Shown: positions 49,811-61,574 of the stretch, in pieces
How positions within the stretch are numbered: the first letter of the stretch is position 1
Layout of the letters: each line of letters opens with the position of its first letter
Assembly: GCF_006345805.1 (NCBI RefSeq)
Contig: NC_043019.1
Coordinates: 744,001 to 808,000 of the forward strand
Length of the DNA: 64,000 bases
DNA from: Octopus sinensis
Lineage: Eukaryota
Reading direction: 5' to 3'
Translations under genes and position numbers: made by a program
Notes under the pieces: model-generated
Seen by the model: the letters and a program-made list of their open reading frames with translations, nothing else
The model's database searches: none
Told to the model about the DNA's origin: nothing

Positions 49811-51101
49811 TCTACCACCAACCTATTAATTGGCGATGTAGCGTAATTGTACATTGCTAAAGAAATCATAGGCTAAGGACTTCAAATATATGATATGATA
49901 TGTCCTATCTTACTTAACTTTAATTAATTGAAGTTTGATAGCCTAATTATATGTTCAATGTATGATATAAACATTGATTCATATTGTCACTGTGCATATC
50001 ACAAGTTAGCATTTAATAAAAGGAAAAACAGTTTCGGTTATGTAAAATTAAATATACTGAAAGACAGTATCGTCGCTCATTTTTGGAACGCTTTCGGTAA
50101 AATTACTTTGAAATTAGAGCTGGTTAAGTTTAATAACAGAAACGTACGGATATTCATTAAACAAAATTACAAATAATCTTATGCAATCAACTGGATTTCA
50201 TGTTTATATGTTGCACTATTTTTGCATAGAAGTATTTGAATTAATATGTTTTACATAAAAACAGTTCCAATTAAAGGTATTTCAGTTTTCAAACGGAGTA
50301 ATTTAAAATAATTTGGACATGAACTTATAAAATCTTTACGTTCAATATTTCTCAATTATTTTCCTTGAAGTAAAATTATTGACAAACAAGCGATCGCAAA
50401 ACCTGAAGCAACCGGTTTATTTAACCATGGTTTTAATAGGATCTTAGAGATGCATAAATTTTGTTTAGGTTACATGTGCTTAACTTTTAACTTTAATGTT
50501 CCCAGTGCATCAAACTAAGCTTGAAGATTCATACATCACTATAAACGATAGTATAAATGATAGTAAATTAATATTGCGTCCTCATTTACGACGTTCTTTA
50601 ATCTATAAAAAAATATTATATCCTTTCATCAAAGAAGAAGTATTGATTTACAATGTTCTGCCACTTACATGTAGCGATAATGACTACGTTTGCCAGTGTT
50701 TTATGGTGTATTCGTATAAGATGATATTCAATGGTAAGTTGAGGGCTTCTCGTAATTCTATAATACCTTATATAGTTTGGCTTTTGAGGTTTAAGTTCAA
50801 ACTATAATGTGTATATTTGAAAGAAAAGGATGGCATTAACATTTATCACCCATTCTTCACTCCAGCGACCTCTTTATGGTTACGTAACCTTTTTTTATAA
50901 GAGTTAAACATCTTTGTGTTGTTCCTTCACAGTTCATAATATATAGATCGATATTGATCGTTCTTTGCCCTTTCATTCAGTTAATAGAAACAAATATAAC
51001 GCGTGATTCCTTTTATTGAGAAATGAGATTAAAGCGAAATTCCAACATGGCCATCAACGCCAAAGTAATTAAATAAGAATACTTGATATGTATACATGTG
51101 T

Positions 51102-51420
51102 GGAGGCGCAATGACCCAGTGGTTAGGGCAGCGGACTCGCGGTCGGAGGATCGCGGTTTCCTTCCCAGACCGGGCGTTGTGTGTGCTTATTGAGCGAAAA
51201 TACCTAAAGCTTTACGAAGCTCCCGCAGGAAGTGGTGGCGACCCCTGTTGTACTCTTTCAACACAACTTTCTCTTACTCTTTCTCTTACTCTTTCTTTCT
51301 GTTTCTTGAATAACGCTGCGATGGACTAGCGTCCCGTCCAATTGGGGTTGGGGGAACACATACGCCACAGAAACCGGGAAACCGGGCCCATGAGCCTGGC
51401 TAGGCTTGAAAAGGGTGCAT
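51102..51420 (+). mobile_element. Chimeric SINE: head C + tail D
   Basis: Head as 15987; from about 51310 the tail aataacgctgcgatggact...gggcccatgagcctggctaggct matches the 35715 trimer. Confidence 0.85.
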
Positions 51421-51539
51421 AAAAATAAAATAAATACATGTAGAAAATTCGCGGAAACATCTTAAGGTTATATCAGTTATTTGCATAATTGATCTGCATG
51501 TAGTTTGAAGGAATAATGGAATAATATTATGCAACATTA

Positions 51540-51690
51540 AGGCGGCGAGCTGGCAGAATCGTTAGCACGCCGAGCATGGTACTTAGCGGCATTTCATCGG
51601 TTCTTACGTTCTAAGTTCTAATTCCGCCGAGGTCAAATTTGCCTTTCATCCTTTCGGTGTCGATTAAACAAGTACGCGTTGAAGACCTGG
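51540..51690 (+). mobile_element. SINE family B, 3'-truncated
   Basis: ggcggcgagctggcagaatcgttagc...cctttcatcctttcgg. Confidence 0.85.
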
Positions 51691-52065
51691 GTCAAATCCA
51701 GTTATGGCTGTCAGACATTTGGCCACCTTACTCCCCAGACTGTAAGCCCCCATAATTATTATGTATGGGGCGCAGTTGAGCGAGAGACCAAAATATCTTG
51801 TAACACCAAACATGAACTGAAAGCAAAAATTTTGGCAGCATTCACCAACTTAAACAAGGAGACCGTCCAAACGAGTTTCAGGAGATTCCGAAATTGCGTG
51901 GAGGCTGCCGTTGAAGCCAATGGCGATTTTATTGAATATATTTACTGTTTAGTATTTCCAGAGATTTTTTTATGTAATTTTGGTAAATATATCTGTTAAA
52001 ATGAGATATCAGTGTTATTTAATTTTTGCGTAATATAGATGACAGCTTATTCACCGCATCCTGTA
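51690..52065 (+). mobile_element. Tc1/mariner (maT/DD37D-like) 3' end with TIR
   Basis: DIWPPYSPDC (frameshift) NYYVWGAVERET...ELKAKILAAFTNLNKETV...FR..VEAAVEANGDFIE; ends tcaccgcatcctg+TA (TACAGGATG TIR). Confidence 0.8.
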
Positions 52066-52079
52066 TGCAATAGTAATAA

Positions 52080-52260
52080 ATGCGCCCTTTTAAAGCCTAT
52101 CTAGGCTCATGGGCCCGGTTTCCCAGTTCCCAAGCTGGACGGGACCCCAATCCACTGCAGCGTTACTAATTTTTTCCAGCTGAGTGGACTGGAGCAACAT
52201 GAAATGAAGTGTTGTGCTCAAGAACACAATGCGTGCTAACGTTTCAGCTACCTCGCCATC
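52080..52260 (-). mobile_element. SINE D tail/core fused to SINE B head remnant
   Basis: atgcgcccttttaaagcct...gctcaagaacacaatgcgt then gctaacgtttcagctacctcgcc. Confidence 0.75.
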
Positions 52261-52764
52261 TTAATAATATAAAACGCAGAAGCATGTTGGGGCCATATAA
52301 TAGGGACATAACATTCAGTGCGCTTACTAAACGGGCATATGTAGAACACCAGCTTGTACTGAAAAAGAATCGCATTTAACGATGCGCCAAGGCAAAAAAT
52401 AAAAAATAATTGAATCGTACCAGAGCAGTACATGCCTTCGAGGAGTTTCTAATTAGGCGGCTATTTTCTGCATTAATATTCAATTTTTAACTATATGTTT
52501 TCCCCTGATGTTCGAATAATCATGATTCTTCAAAGTGTTTATAATTAGTATGATATTATCGTCTGCGTGGCTTACCTAAGTGATGCACTAAGCATATTTA
52601 ATTTCTATTCGGACTCTCTTTTACATACTTTACCTATTTTAATCTCACTTTTCCACTTGTTCACTTTTAAAATAGAATGTAAAGTAGCTCCCACCGACAG
52701 GAACCGACACACACCTATAAATTCATATCTGTAACTATATAATATGTATATAAATGTATTTATG

Positions 52765-52832
<68 letters not shown>

Positions 52833-52851
52833 TTATATGTATGTATATATG

Positions 52852-52910
<59 letters not shown>

Positions 52911-52918
<8 letters not shown>

Positions 52919-53682
52919 ATATTTCGGAATGGTCATTTTGCCAGTTTAGCCAATAAAAACACACGCACTATATATTTGGTGTTACTTTGCTTCAGTGTTA
53001 TTTATTTTTTACATTAATCTTAATCTTATTTCGGCCAGAGTTCTTTCGTCACACTCCTGTGACCGCATCAGTGGTCCTTTGTTTTCTTCTTTCTTATTTG
53101 TGCCTCTCCTTACTAACCGTCAGCCATTTTGTATTTCTATTGTATGTCTTCATTTGCGCATGCTTATATCTCTATGTGCGTTTATGTTTATTATTATTAC
53201 TTGTATTGTTGTTATACATACATACATATATACATACAAGCATATGTAATGATAATAATAGGTGGATGTAAACACATGAACAAAATAAGAATAAACAAAA
53301 ACAACATACAAATTACATGAACATATATAATTACAAATTACATGAACATATATAAACAGAAGATACAAATATTACAGGCATCCCGCACATACACACACTA
53401 AATAAACATAAACGCACATAGACATATAAGCATGCGCAAATGAAGACATACAATAGAAATACAAAATGGTTGACGGTTAGTAAGGAGAGACACAAATATG
53501 AAAGAATAAAACAAAGGACCACTGATGCGGTCACAGGAGTGTGACGAAAGAACTCTGGCCGAAATAAGATTAAGATTAATGTAAAAAATAAATAACACTG
53601 AAGCAAAGTAACACCAAATATATAGTGCGTGTGTTTTTATTGGCTAAACTGGCAAAATGACCATTCCGAAATATAACAATAT
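52911..53682. mobile_element. Fold-back element with 282-bp arms (52911-53192 / 53401-53682)
   Basis: About 5 mismatches; left side abuts (TA)n; HHR-like motif at 53516-53560 (+) and its mirror in the left arm. Confidence 0.85.
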
Positions 53683-54149
53683 CTGTTTCAACACACGACT
53701 TCACATAAAAAATCTTGCACAACAAATATTTAAATGTATATATATATATATAAGTATTTATATATATACATTTGTATTGTTTTTACAATGTATTTATATT
53801 TGTGTAACATTGTTTTTCCGTCCTTGTTTTTGTATGCATTCGATGCTTTCTTCCAAGGAACCAAATGCTCTTAGCTAAGTTTTTCCTTGGGGCTGGTGAG
53901 ATTGGAGCAATCTCAAGATTAATTAGCCGAAATTGCGAGGAGGATCTGGTACTTGACTGAGGTTCTTGACTGAGGATAGAAAGCATCGAATGACGCGTCC
54001 TTGTTTTTTGTATCGTCTATCTGGATCTTCTGTTGTCCCTTTTTGTATCATTTAGTTGACCGGATGTTTTGCGTCCTTGTCCCATTTTGTATTTTATCTA
54101 TATACATATTTGAGTATGTATATATATATATATATATAGTTAATCCAAA

Positions 54150-54310
54150 CATGAAAACATAAAGAGAAAACGCAAAAACGCGAGGACGTGGAACAAGTAT
54201 AGTATTATTGGACGCTGAGGAAAGAAGGGAAGACGGAGGGTTTAACGTTTCAAGCGGAGCGTTTCGTCAGAAACATAGGAAAAGGAAAGATCCAAAGAAG
54301 GGAAGACATA
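54150..54310 (-). mobile_element. pLTR-like fragment in (TA)n containing an HHR
   Basis: Non-microsatellite island between (TA)n tracts that contains the 54240-54274 HHR. Confidence 0.6.
54240..54274 (-). ncRNA. Minimal type-I hammerhead ribozyme motif
   Basis: gttt CTGACGA aacgc-tcc-gctt GAAA cgt T aaac; canonical core, palindromic ACGT stem III, 4-bp stem I. Confidence 0.65.
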
Positions 54311-54324
54311 TATACATATATATA

Positions 54325-54380
<56 letters not shown>

Positions 54381-54436
54381 TATATATATACACACACACA
54401 TACACATATATATATATATACATACATATATATATA

Positions 54437-54504
<68 letters not shown>

Positions 54505-54507
<3 letters not shown>

Positions 54508-54791
54508 TAACAATAAAGGGTGAAATTAATTAATTTGGAATAATATTAATTACACCAAGTAGATTTCGGCATGTAAAAGCCTCATTCGAGGAAAATTTAA
54601 GTAATACTAAGCAATTAGGGTTTAGCAACGAATTGCCTCACCACACACCGAATTTAGAAATAGCAGTCAAAGAGTTATAGCTATTCTTTCTACTAAAAGG
54701 GAGATCTCAGTAAAAACACAGCACTTGAAAAGCAAACAAAGGTGTGTGGTGAGGCAATTCGTTGCTAAACCCTTAATTGCTTAGTATTACT
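54505..54791. mobile_element. Fold-back element, about 50-bp arms (54600-54649 / 54741-54791), in (TA)n
   Basis: Related to the 8790 and 43113 elements. Confidence 0.75.
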
Positions 54792-55053
54792 ATATATATA
54801 TATATACTATATATAAATTATAATTAAAGGGTAAAATCAATAATAATTTTGCCAGGTGGTCACTGCGGAAATAAAGACCTCATAGGTAAATTTTCTTCAT
54901 TCATCATTCATCAAAAGTGTGTTATGTCCTTCTAATTATTAATATATAAGCATCATGTTTTTATTTTGATTAATTTACTCCACCACCTACACCACCAAAC
55001 GGTATATACAGGTGCTTACAATTATCAAGTACTCACCCTGAATTTCTGTAGCC

Positions 55054-55099
<46 letters not shown>

Positions 55100-55132
55100 T
55101 ATATATATACATATACATACATATATATATGC

Positions 55133-55195
<63 letters not shown>

Positions 55196-55209
55196 CATAC
55201 ATACATATA

Positions 55210-55242
<33 letters not shown>

Positions 55243-55613
55243 CGCACACAAATACACTCACATATATGAGATATATATATATATATAGCTATATACACAT
55301 GAGTGTGTGTATGTGTTCGTGTTTGCATGTTTGTTTGTGTGTGTGTGTGTGTGTGTTATATCAATAGCTATTATTTCTATTTAATTAAGCCCGCTGGTTC
55401 TTTGTGACATCAGTGCTAGACTATACACCGGTATTCTAAATGTCGTTAAAGAGGAAATTCGAGTCATATGTCTCCGTTGGATATCTGTCACTGACGAAAC
55501 CATACTTGTTATGATAGATGACTTTAAAATAATAATTAGTTCCTTATTTGGTGTGTCTCGATGTATATACATCTGCTTTATTCGCCAGTAAGTTAGTGAT
55601 AAATGATGGATAT

Positions 55614-55779
55614 AGGCGCAGGAGTGGCTGTGTGGTACGTAGCTTGCGTACGAACCACATGATTCCGGGTTCAGTCCCACAGCGTGGCATCTTGGTTACG
55701 TGTCTGCTACTATAGCCTCGGGCCGACCAAGGCCTTGTGAGTGGATTTGGTAGACGGAAACTGAAAGAAGCCCGTCATA

Positions 55780-55824
<45 letters not shown>

Positions 55825-56045
55825 GTGCGTGTTTGTGTGTCTGTGTTTATCCCTCCAAAATCGCTTGACAACCGATGCTGGTGTGCTTACGTCCCCGTAA
55901 CTTATCGGTTCGGCAAAAAAGCGACAGATAAAATAAGTACTAGGCTTACAAAGAATAAGTCCTGGGATCGATTTGATCGACTAAGGGCGGTGCTCCAGCA
56001 TGGCCACAGTCACATGACTGAAACAAATAAAAAGAATATAAACAA
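55614..56045 (+). mobile_element. SINE family A, full length
   Basis: Matches 24123 and 39498. Confidence 0.9.
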
Positions 56046-56272
56046 AGAGAGTATATATTTATTTTTATATGATAGGGAGGGAGTCAAGAGTAATCAATCA
56101 GAGAAATTAATAATATAAAAGTGTGACGTTGTTAACTCTTAGTCTTGAATTGCATTTCGTGAATAAATATTAATTTAATGATAAAGAAAAAACGTCAAGG
56201 CAATAATTTTAAACGTCCTACTGTTTTAATTATCACCCGCTGATGAGTTCAAACATACATTATATGATAATA

Positions 56273-57230
56273 TTAGATTGTTTCGAAAATAATGGCCGAT
56301 TTTTTTAAATATAAGTTTATTCTGGTAAAAATTACAATAGAAATGTTTTCATTAGTCAAAGTATGGGTCATGAACATCTCTGCATCTCTGCCTTTGAACA
56401 ACGAGATGATTTATGCCTCGTTAATAAAATATTATTGGCTTTGATTCCACCTCTGGTTTGGACATGAAACCTTTATCACTTATAAACGTGTTTTAATGCT
56501 TTAGAAAATGGTAGTCAGTGGGTGAAAGATAAGGAGAATATGGAGGATGTGGTAAAGTATGTGAGTCTCTGCATCGACATTCTTGCAACATGTAGCTTGC
56601 TTTATCGTGGAACAGAAATTGGCAACGCTGGTTCACCAATGCAGGTCTTATTTTTTGTAAGTGAGCATGTATTTCAGCGAGTTGATTGAAATAAAACTTT
56701 GCTGTAATGCCCAGATTAGCTTCCAGAAAACCGTAATGAACAACGCTAATTGCAGACCATCAGACAGGGAGCATAATCTTTGCTAAATCAACTCTGGCTT
56801 TGGGAAATATTTGAGGAACTCATCAGGATCAAGGCATTGACCTGATCGTTTACGGTTATCACAAAGGAACCACTTTTCGTCACAAGTGACTCTTCGGTCG
56901 AGAAAAGGATCCTTGGTGTTTCGCAGAAAGAGCATCGAGCACACTTCAAAACGCCGAACTTTTGATTTTTATTGTGCTCATGCGGTACCCATTTATCGAG
57001 ATTTTCCACCTAACAAATCTTCTGAAGATTGCGGGAGACCGTTTCAATACCGATATCATGCACCTGAGACATTTTACTGACATTTTGACGTGGTTTTTTG
57101 TTCAACAATTGCTTTCAATTGTTCATTGTCAAGACTGCATGACCGTCTTCTACCTTCTTCATCTTCAAGGCACTCTGCACCACTACGGAATTTCTGAAAC
57201 CATCTTCGTACTATGCAATCACTTGTAGAC
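56273..57230 (-). pseudogene. Mariner transposase, degraded, with one TIR
   Basis: LDKWVPHE; VTCDEKW; FHDKA; LPHPPYSPYLSPTDYHFLKH (YSPDL motif); TIR-like TA-ttagattgtttcgaaaataatggccgatttt at 56271. Confidence 0.9.
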
Positions 57231-57807
57231 CTCTCTCTCTCTATGCTCTTTTAATATTGGCAGCAATTTGGGAGGTATTGTGCCCAAGCTTGAACTCCTA
57301 CAAGAAATGTAAGATCCTTTCTTGTCATACTCTTAATTAAGGGTGCCTATGCTTCAGGAATGTTTTCTGTCTGAAATTAGCAGAAGAGTATTAAAGAGCT
57401 CACATCAATTAAGTATGTCGAAATCCACATAAAATATAATTAAAATGCTATGTTAAAATTGCGTTGCAAAATACAACACTTAGAGAGGACATTATGTTCG
57501 GAACAACCTAACAACATGCATTATTTATTTGATGATAACATGGTCTTCTTGAGAGAAACGGCAATCTGGAATAATTGAGAAAAGATGAATAATCTATCAT
57601 TAACGACACAATCTGCTTCATTTAATTTTATTGATGACAGTCATTGAACTCCGTGTAATGTATTAATTCTGATAATGATCATTTGCTTACATATATTCAC
57701 ACGGACATGATAAGAAATTCGTAAATACCGTATGATGAAAGGACACTGGAAACCTAAAGGAAAAATTCCTCTAGCGGAGGAAGTAAATTATATCCATATA
57801 AATGTTA

Positions 57808-57876
<69 letters not shown>

Positions 57877-57905
57877 TTAATTTAAAATTAATCGAAGGAC
57901 ATTCT

Positions 57906-58061
57906 AAGTATGTCTACCTGCTTGAAATAACAGTCAGAACGCTTATTAAATCGCGAAAAATACCTACAGAAATCAAACGAAGGCGAAATCAGTTTCCATC
58001 AATTTATTTTTGGCGATTTAATAAGGGTTTCGACTGTTATTTCAAGCAGATAGACATACTT
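57906..58061. repeat. Imperfect 57-bp inverted repeat (57906-57962 / 58005-58061)
   Basis: aagtatgtctacctgcttgaaataacagtc / gactgttatttcaagcagatagacatactt. Confidence 0.85.
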
Positions 58062-58210
58062 GGTATGTTTTTTTATTAATTTTAATCCCTCGGTTATTTA
58101 ATGCTATTTTTTGACCTGCTATTTCCTGTGTCATTGATTCTGCTATTATCATTTTTTAAATATTTACGTTGGATAATAATAGAATTAATGACACCTTTGT
58201 AAATTAATAC

Positions 58211-58301
<91 letters not shown>

Positions 58302-58309
<8 letters not shown>

Positions 58310-58427
58310 GATTTTTTTGCATAATGAGATAAAAAAAACCAAGGCTGTGTAGATATTAGAACATTTATAAATGTTCTAATATCTACACAGCCTTGGTTTT
58401 TACCTCATTACGCAAAAAATTCTTATA
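58302..58427. repeat. Palindrome with a perfect spacer-less 68-bp core (58334-58401)
   Basis: aaaaaccaaggctgtgtagatattagaacattta|taaatgttctaatatctacacagccttggttttt. Confidence 0.95.
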
Positions 58428-59069
58428 TACCCACGCTGACATAGAACCAACGATGAACCCATTATTCGTAAAATTACCGAATCTGGAACATAAATATGGT
58501 CTGTCTATAACACTTATTCAGCATTACCTGACAACTTTGGGCCTCAGAGTCTGAGATTAGAATAGTATAGTTTTTATATATGTATTTGAAATGTACGTTG
58601 AAACAGGTGATACGGGAAATTGCAACATACGTTTAGGAATGTGGGAGCGCCATGATTTCAAGCGCAAGCAGAAGATACTCAACATGCTCAATGCAATTTC
58701 CTGTATTGGTAGAATTATAATTTGTGGTAGACACATGCTTTAGCAAACACCTCGGGGTACCTAACTCCTAGTGGTCTTCCAGCAAGGTGGGCACCGATAC
58801 AGAACTTCTGAGAGCCGGAAAACATTTGTGGAGTAAATGATGGTGGAGTTCGACTAATAGACATGTAATACTTCTGTTTGGAAGTTTCCAGGCCCTAACC
58901 TATCATGAGAATCTGGTCGTGGGAGGTATGAATTTTTTGAACCCACCGTGTCAGTGGATATACTCGCCTTTGAGGCAGTCAGCGATGCGTCTAACACGAT
59001 TCATCGTATGGTTGACAGACAAATGAATGGAGGTGTAATGAGTTCGTTCAGGAAATGGGCTGCAATGGG

Positions 59070-59170
59070 AGACGGCAACCAACCAGACCTTCGTGCAATG
59101 GAAGACGGCTTCGAACCACACCTTCGTGATATCCTTAAAGCCAGGAATTTTTCAGCACCCCCTTGTATAT
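59070..59170 (-). mobile_element. Possible mariner/MITE terminus
   Basis: Minus strand TACAAGGGGGTGCTGAAAAATTCCTGGCTTT resembles TACGAGGG-type mariner TIRs; no partner TIR found. Confidence 0.4.
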
Positions 59171-59926
59171 CAGTGGTATTGATGCCACAGGACCTGCAGA
59201 AAATATATACCAATTCTGTTTATGGCTAACCTTTTAAGATCATTTCTGTAATGTCGATGAAATTGTATTTCGCATTTAAAGAGTTAATTTCTATATAGTC
59301 TATCCATCTACTTTCTGTATTACCGTACAAGTATTACAGACCAAGGCTGTGAAGAAATAAGAAAGTAACAAGGAAATATACTCACACTACTTCATAGCAA
59401 ACTGTACAACACATTTTTATTGATTAGCATTTCCAGATTAACTCCCTAAAAGCAGAGAAAGTATTTGGTATGGATTCTATTTAATAGAGAAATATTATTT
59501 GAGGATAGCTTCCGGCTCAGAAAGGTTGAAGATCAAATAATTTGCTTCGCATGAAGAAAACTTATAAACACTGAAACGTTGCGTGATTAGCAGAAATGTT
59601 TAAAATATATTTGAGACTGCTTCATTTGGCTGGTATAGTTAAGTCACTAACGCAAATGACTGTAAGCATGACCTTCCATTTATATTGCTATTTTAACTGA
59701 TTCTACGTTCAAGTACGCAGGATCAATTACGCGCTAAGCTTTATACTATATCTGTAAGAGTCTGTCATTACTAAGCTAAATTTATAATAAATATCCTGTG
59801 AGAGTGGCGTACCTGCACAGCCTGAATATCGTTTCATATATCTGGTTACAATTTGCAACAGCCAACAAGGGGAAAATGATTTAAAACAAAAAAAATTTGC
59901 TAGAAGGGAATATATATATATCTCTC

Positions 59927-60306
59927 TCTATATAAACGGCAGTTTGTCTGTGTGTGTTTCTGTGTGTCTGTTTGCTTGTACCCTCACCCTGACCACGGCT
60001 TTCAACCGATTCTGATGAAACTTGACACACACATAGCCCAATGTCATAATTCAAAACTAACGCAGCGAAAATTTTGAAAAGTTCCCCCAGTTCTGAAAAA
60101 GATCGATAAATTCGACATGGGGTCGACAATCAGAAACACAAACCACAGATGGTCTAGGGGACGCAACTCGACCTTTTTAACTATCAAAAAAAATTTACCA
60201 TCATTTTTTTTCCCATTTTTTTGCTATTTTTTGGCTATAACTGTCTAAAAAATGCTTTATAGTTATTTCCCTTACAAACCCGAGCAACGCCGGGCGATAC
60301 TGCTAG
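59927..60306 (+). mobile_element. Non-autonomous Helitron
   Basis: TCtatataaacggcag...cccgagcaacgccgggcgatactgCTAG|T. Confidence 0.9.
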
Positions 60307-60432
60307 TATATATATAAACGTTTTGGATGGAAATTAGTAGAGCCATTAATTCTCTCTGTTGAGCCTGCATCGTATATCTGCTAGAATGGACTAAATACGC
60401 CACTGCTGCTACTGATGATGAAAATGACGATA

Positions 60433-60476
60433 ATGATGATGATGATGATGATGATCATCATCATCATCATCATCAT
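60433..60476. repeat. (TGA)7(TCA)7 palindromic microsatellite
   Basis: Directly visible; self-complementary around ga|tc at 60454/60455. Confidence 0.9.
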
Positions 60477-60773
60477 CATTTTCTTTTCTCTTTCCGGGCT
60501 CCGACCTGCTGATGCAGGCTTTCCTGCAGGCGGTAGGGAACTTATGCGGGAACTCGGATGAGAAAGAAGAAGATTAAGAAATATTTTGTAAGTTTTTGTG
60601 ACTTTTTGTGTAAAATTGAATAAAAGAACAATGATTTCGAGGGGTTATAGGTCGGCGGGCGCCGTTGCCCCTCCCATTTTTGTTCATCATTATCATCCTC
60701 ATCTCATTAATTTTTTTGTCCAGCCTGCAGCTACTCATCTATGTACAGCTTTCATGCCCAGATTTATGAATAA

Positions 60774-60918
60774 AAGTAGCTTGCTTATCAATCACATGGT
60801 TCCGGGTTCATTCCCACTGCGTGGCACCTTGGCCAAGTGTCTTCTACTATAGCCTCGGGCCGACCAAAGCCTTGTAAGTGGATTTGGTAGATGGAAACTG
60901 AAAGAAGCCCGTCGTATA

Positions 60919-60949
<31 letters not shown>

Positions 60950-61205
60950 TTCTTTACTACCCACAAGGGGCTAAACACAGACGGGACAAACAAGGTCAGA
61001 CAAACGGATTAAGTCGATTATATCGACCCCAGTGTGTAACTGGTACTTAATTTATCGACCCCGAAAGGATGAAAGGCAAAGTCGACCTCGGCGGAATTTG
61101 AACTCGGAACGTGACGACAGACGAAATACAGCTACGCATTTCGCCCAGCGTGCTAACGTTTCTTCCAGCTCGCCGCCTTTAGTCGAGCAAATATATATAT
61201 ATGTG

Positions 61206-61253
<48 letters not shown>

Positions 61254-61478
61254 ATGTGTGTGTGTGTATGTTTGTGTGTCTGTGTTCGTCCCACCCACCC
61301 AACATCGCTTGACAACAGATGCTGGTGTATTTACATCCCCGTAACTTAGCGGTTCGGCAAAAGAGACCGATAGAATAAGTACTGGGCTTACAAAGAATAA
61401 GTCCTGGAGTCGATTTGCTGGTGGTGCTGCAGCATGGCCAAAGCCAAATGACTGAAGCAAGTAAAAGAGTAAAAGCGT
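60774..61478 (+). mobile_element. SINE family A with SINE family B (60949-61178, -) nested in its internal (TA)n
   Basis: Head 60774-60915, inserted B copy, then (TG)n and the family A tail. Confidence 0.88.
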
Positions 61479-61574
61479 ATGTTATTTTTTTTTTTCTTCT
61501 TTCTAGCGAAACGTTACTGAAGTGTATATGTTGGTTAGTGCGAGCGATAATTTTTCTGTTTTTTTTTTGGTGTT

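Noticed and set aside
54555-54595. Minus-strand cgaatga ggc...gcc gaaa tctac
   Set aside because: Core is non-canonical, there is no stem I, and related copies at 8830 and 43170 do not conserve it.
55478-55530. atctgtca CTGACGA aacc...tta tgatagat
   Set aside because: 8-bp stem I is present but stem II and a separate GAAA are missing; at best a deleted relic.
56236-56290. CTGATGAG...CGAAA hammerhead-like spacing
   Set aside because: Only one closing pair; the GAAA belongs to the mariner TIR; no stems I/III.
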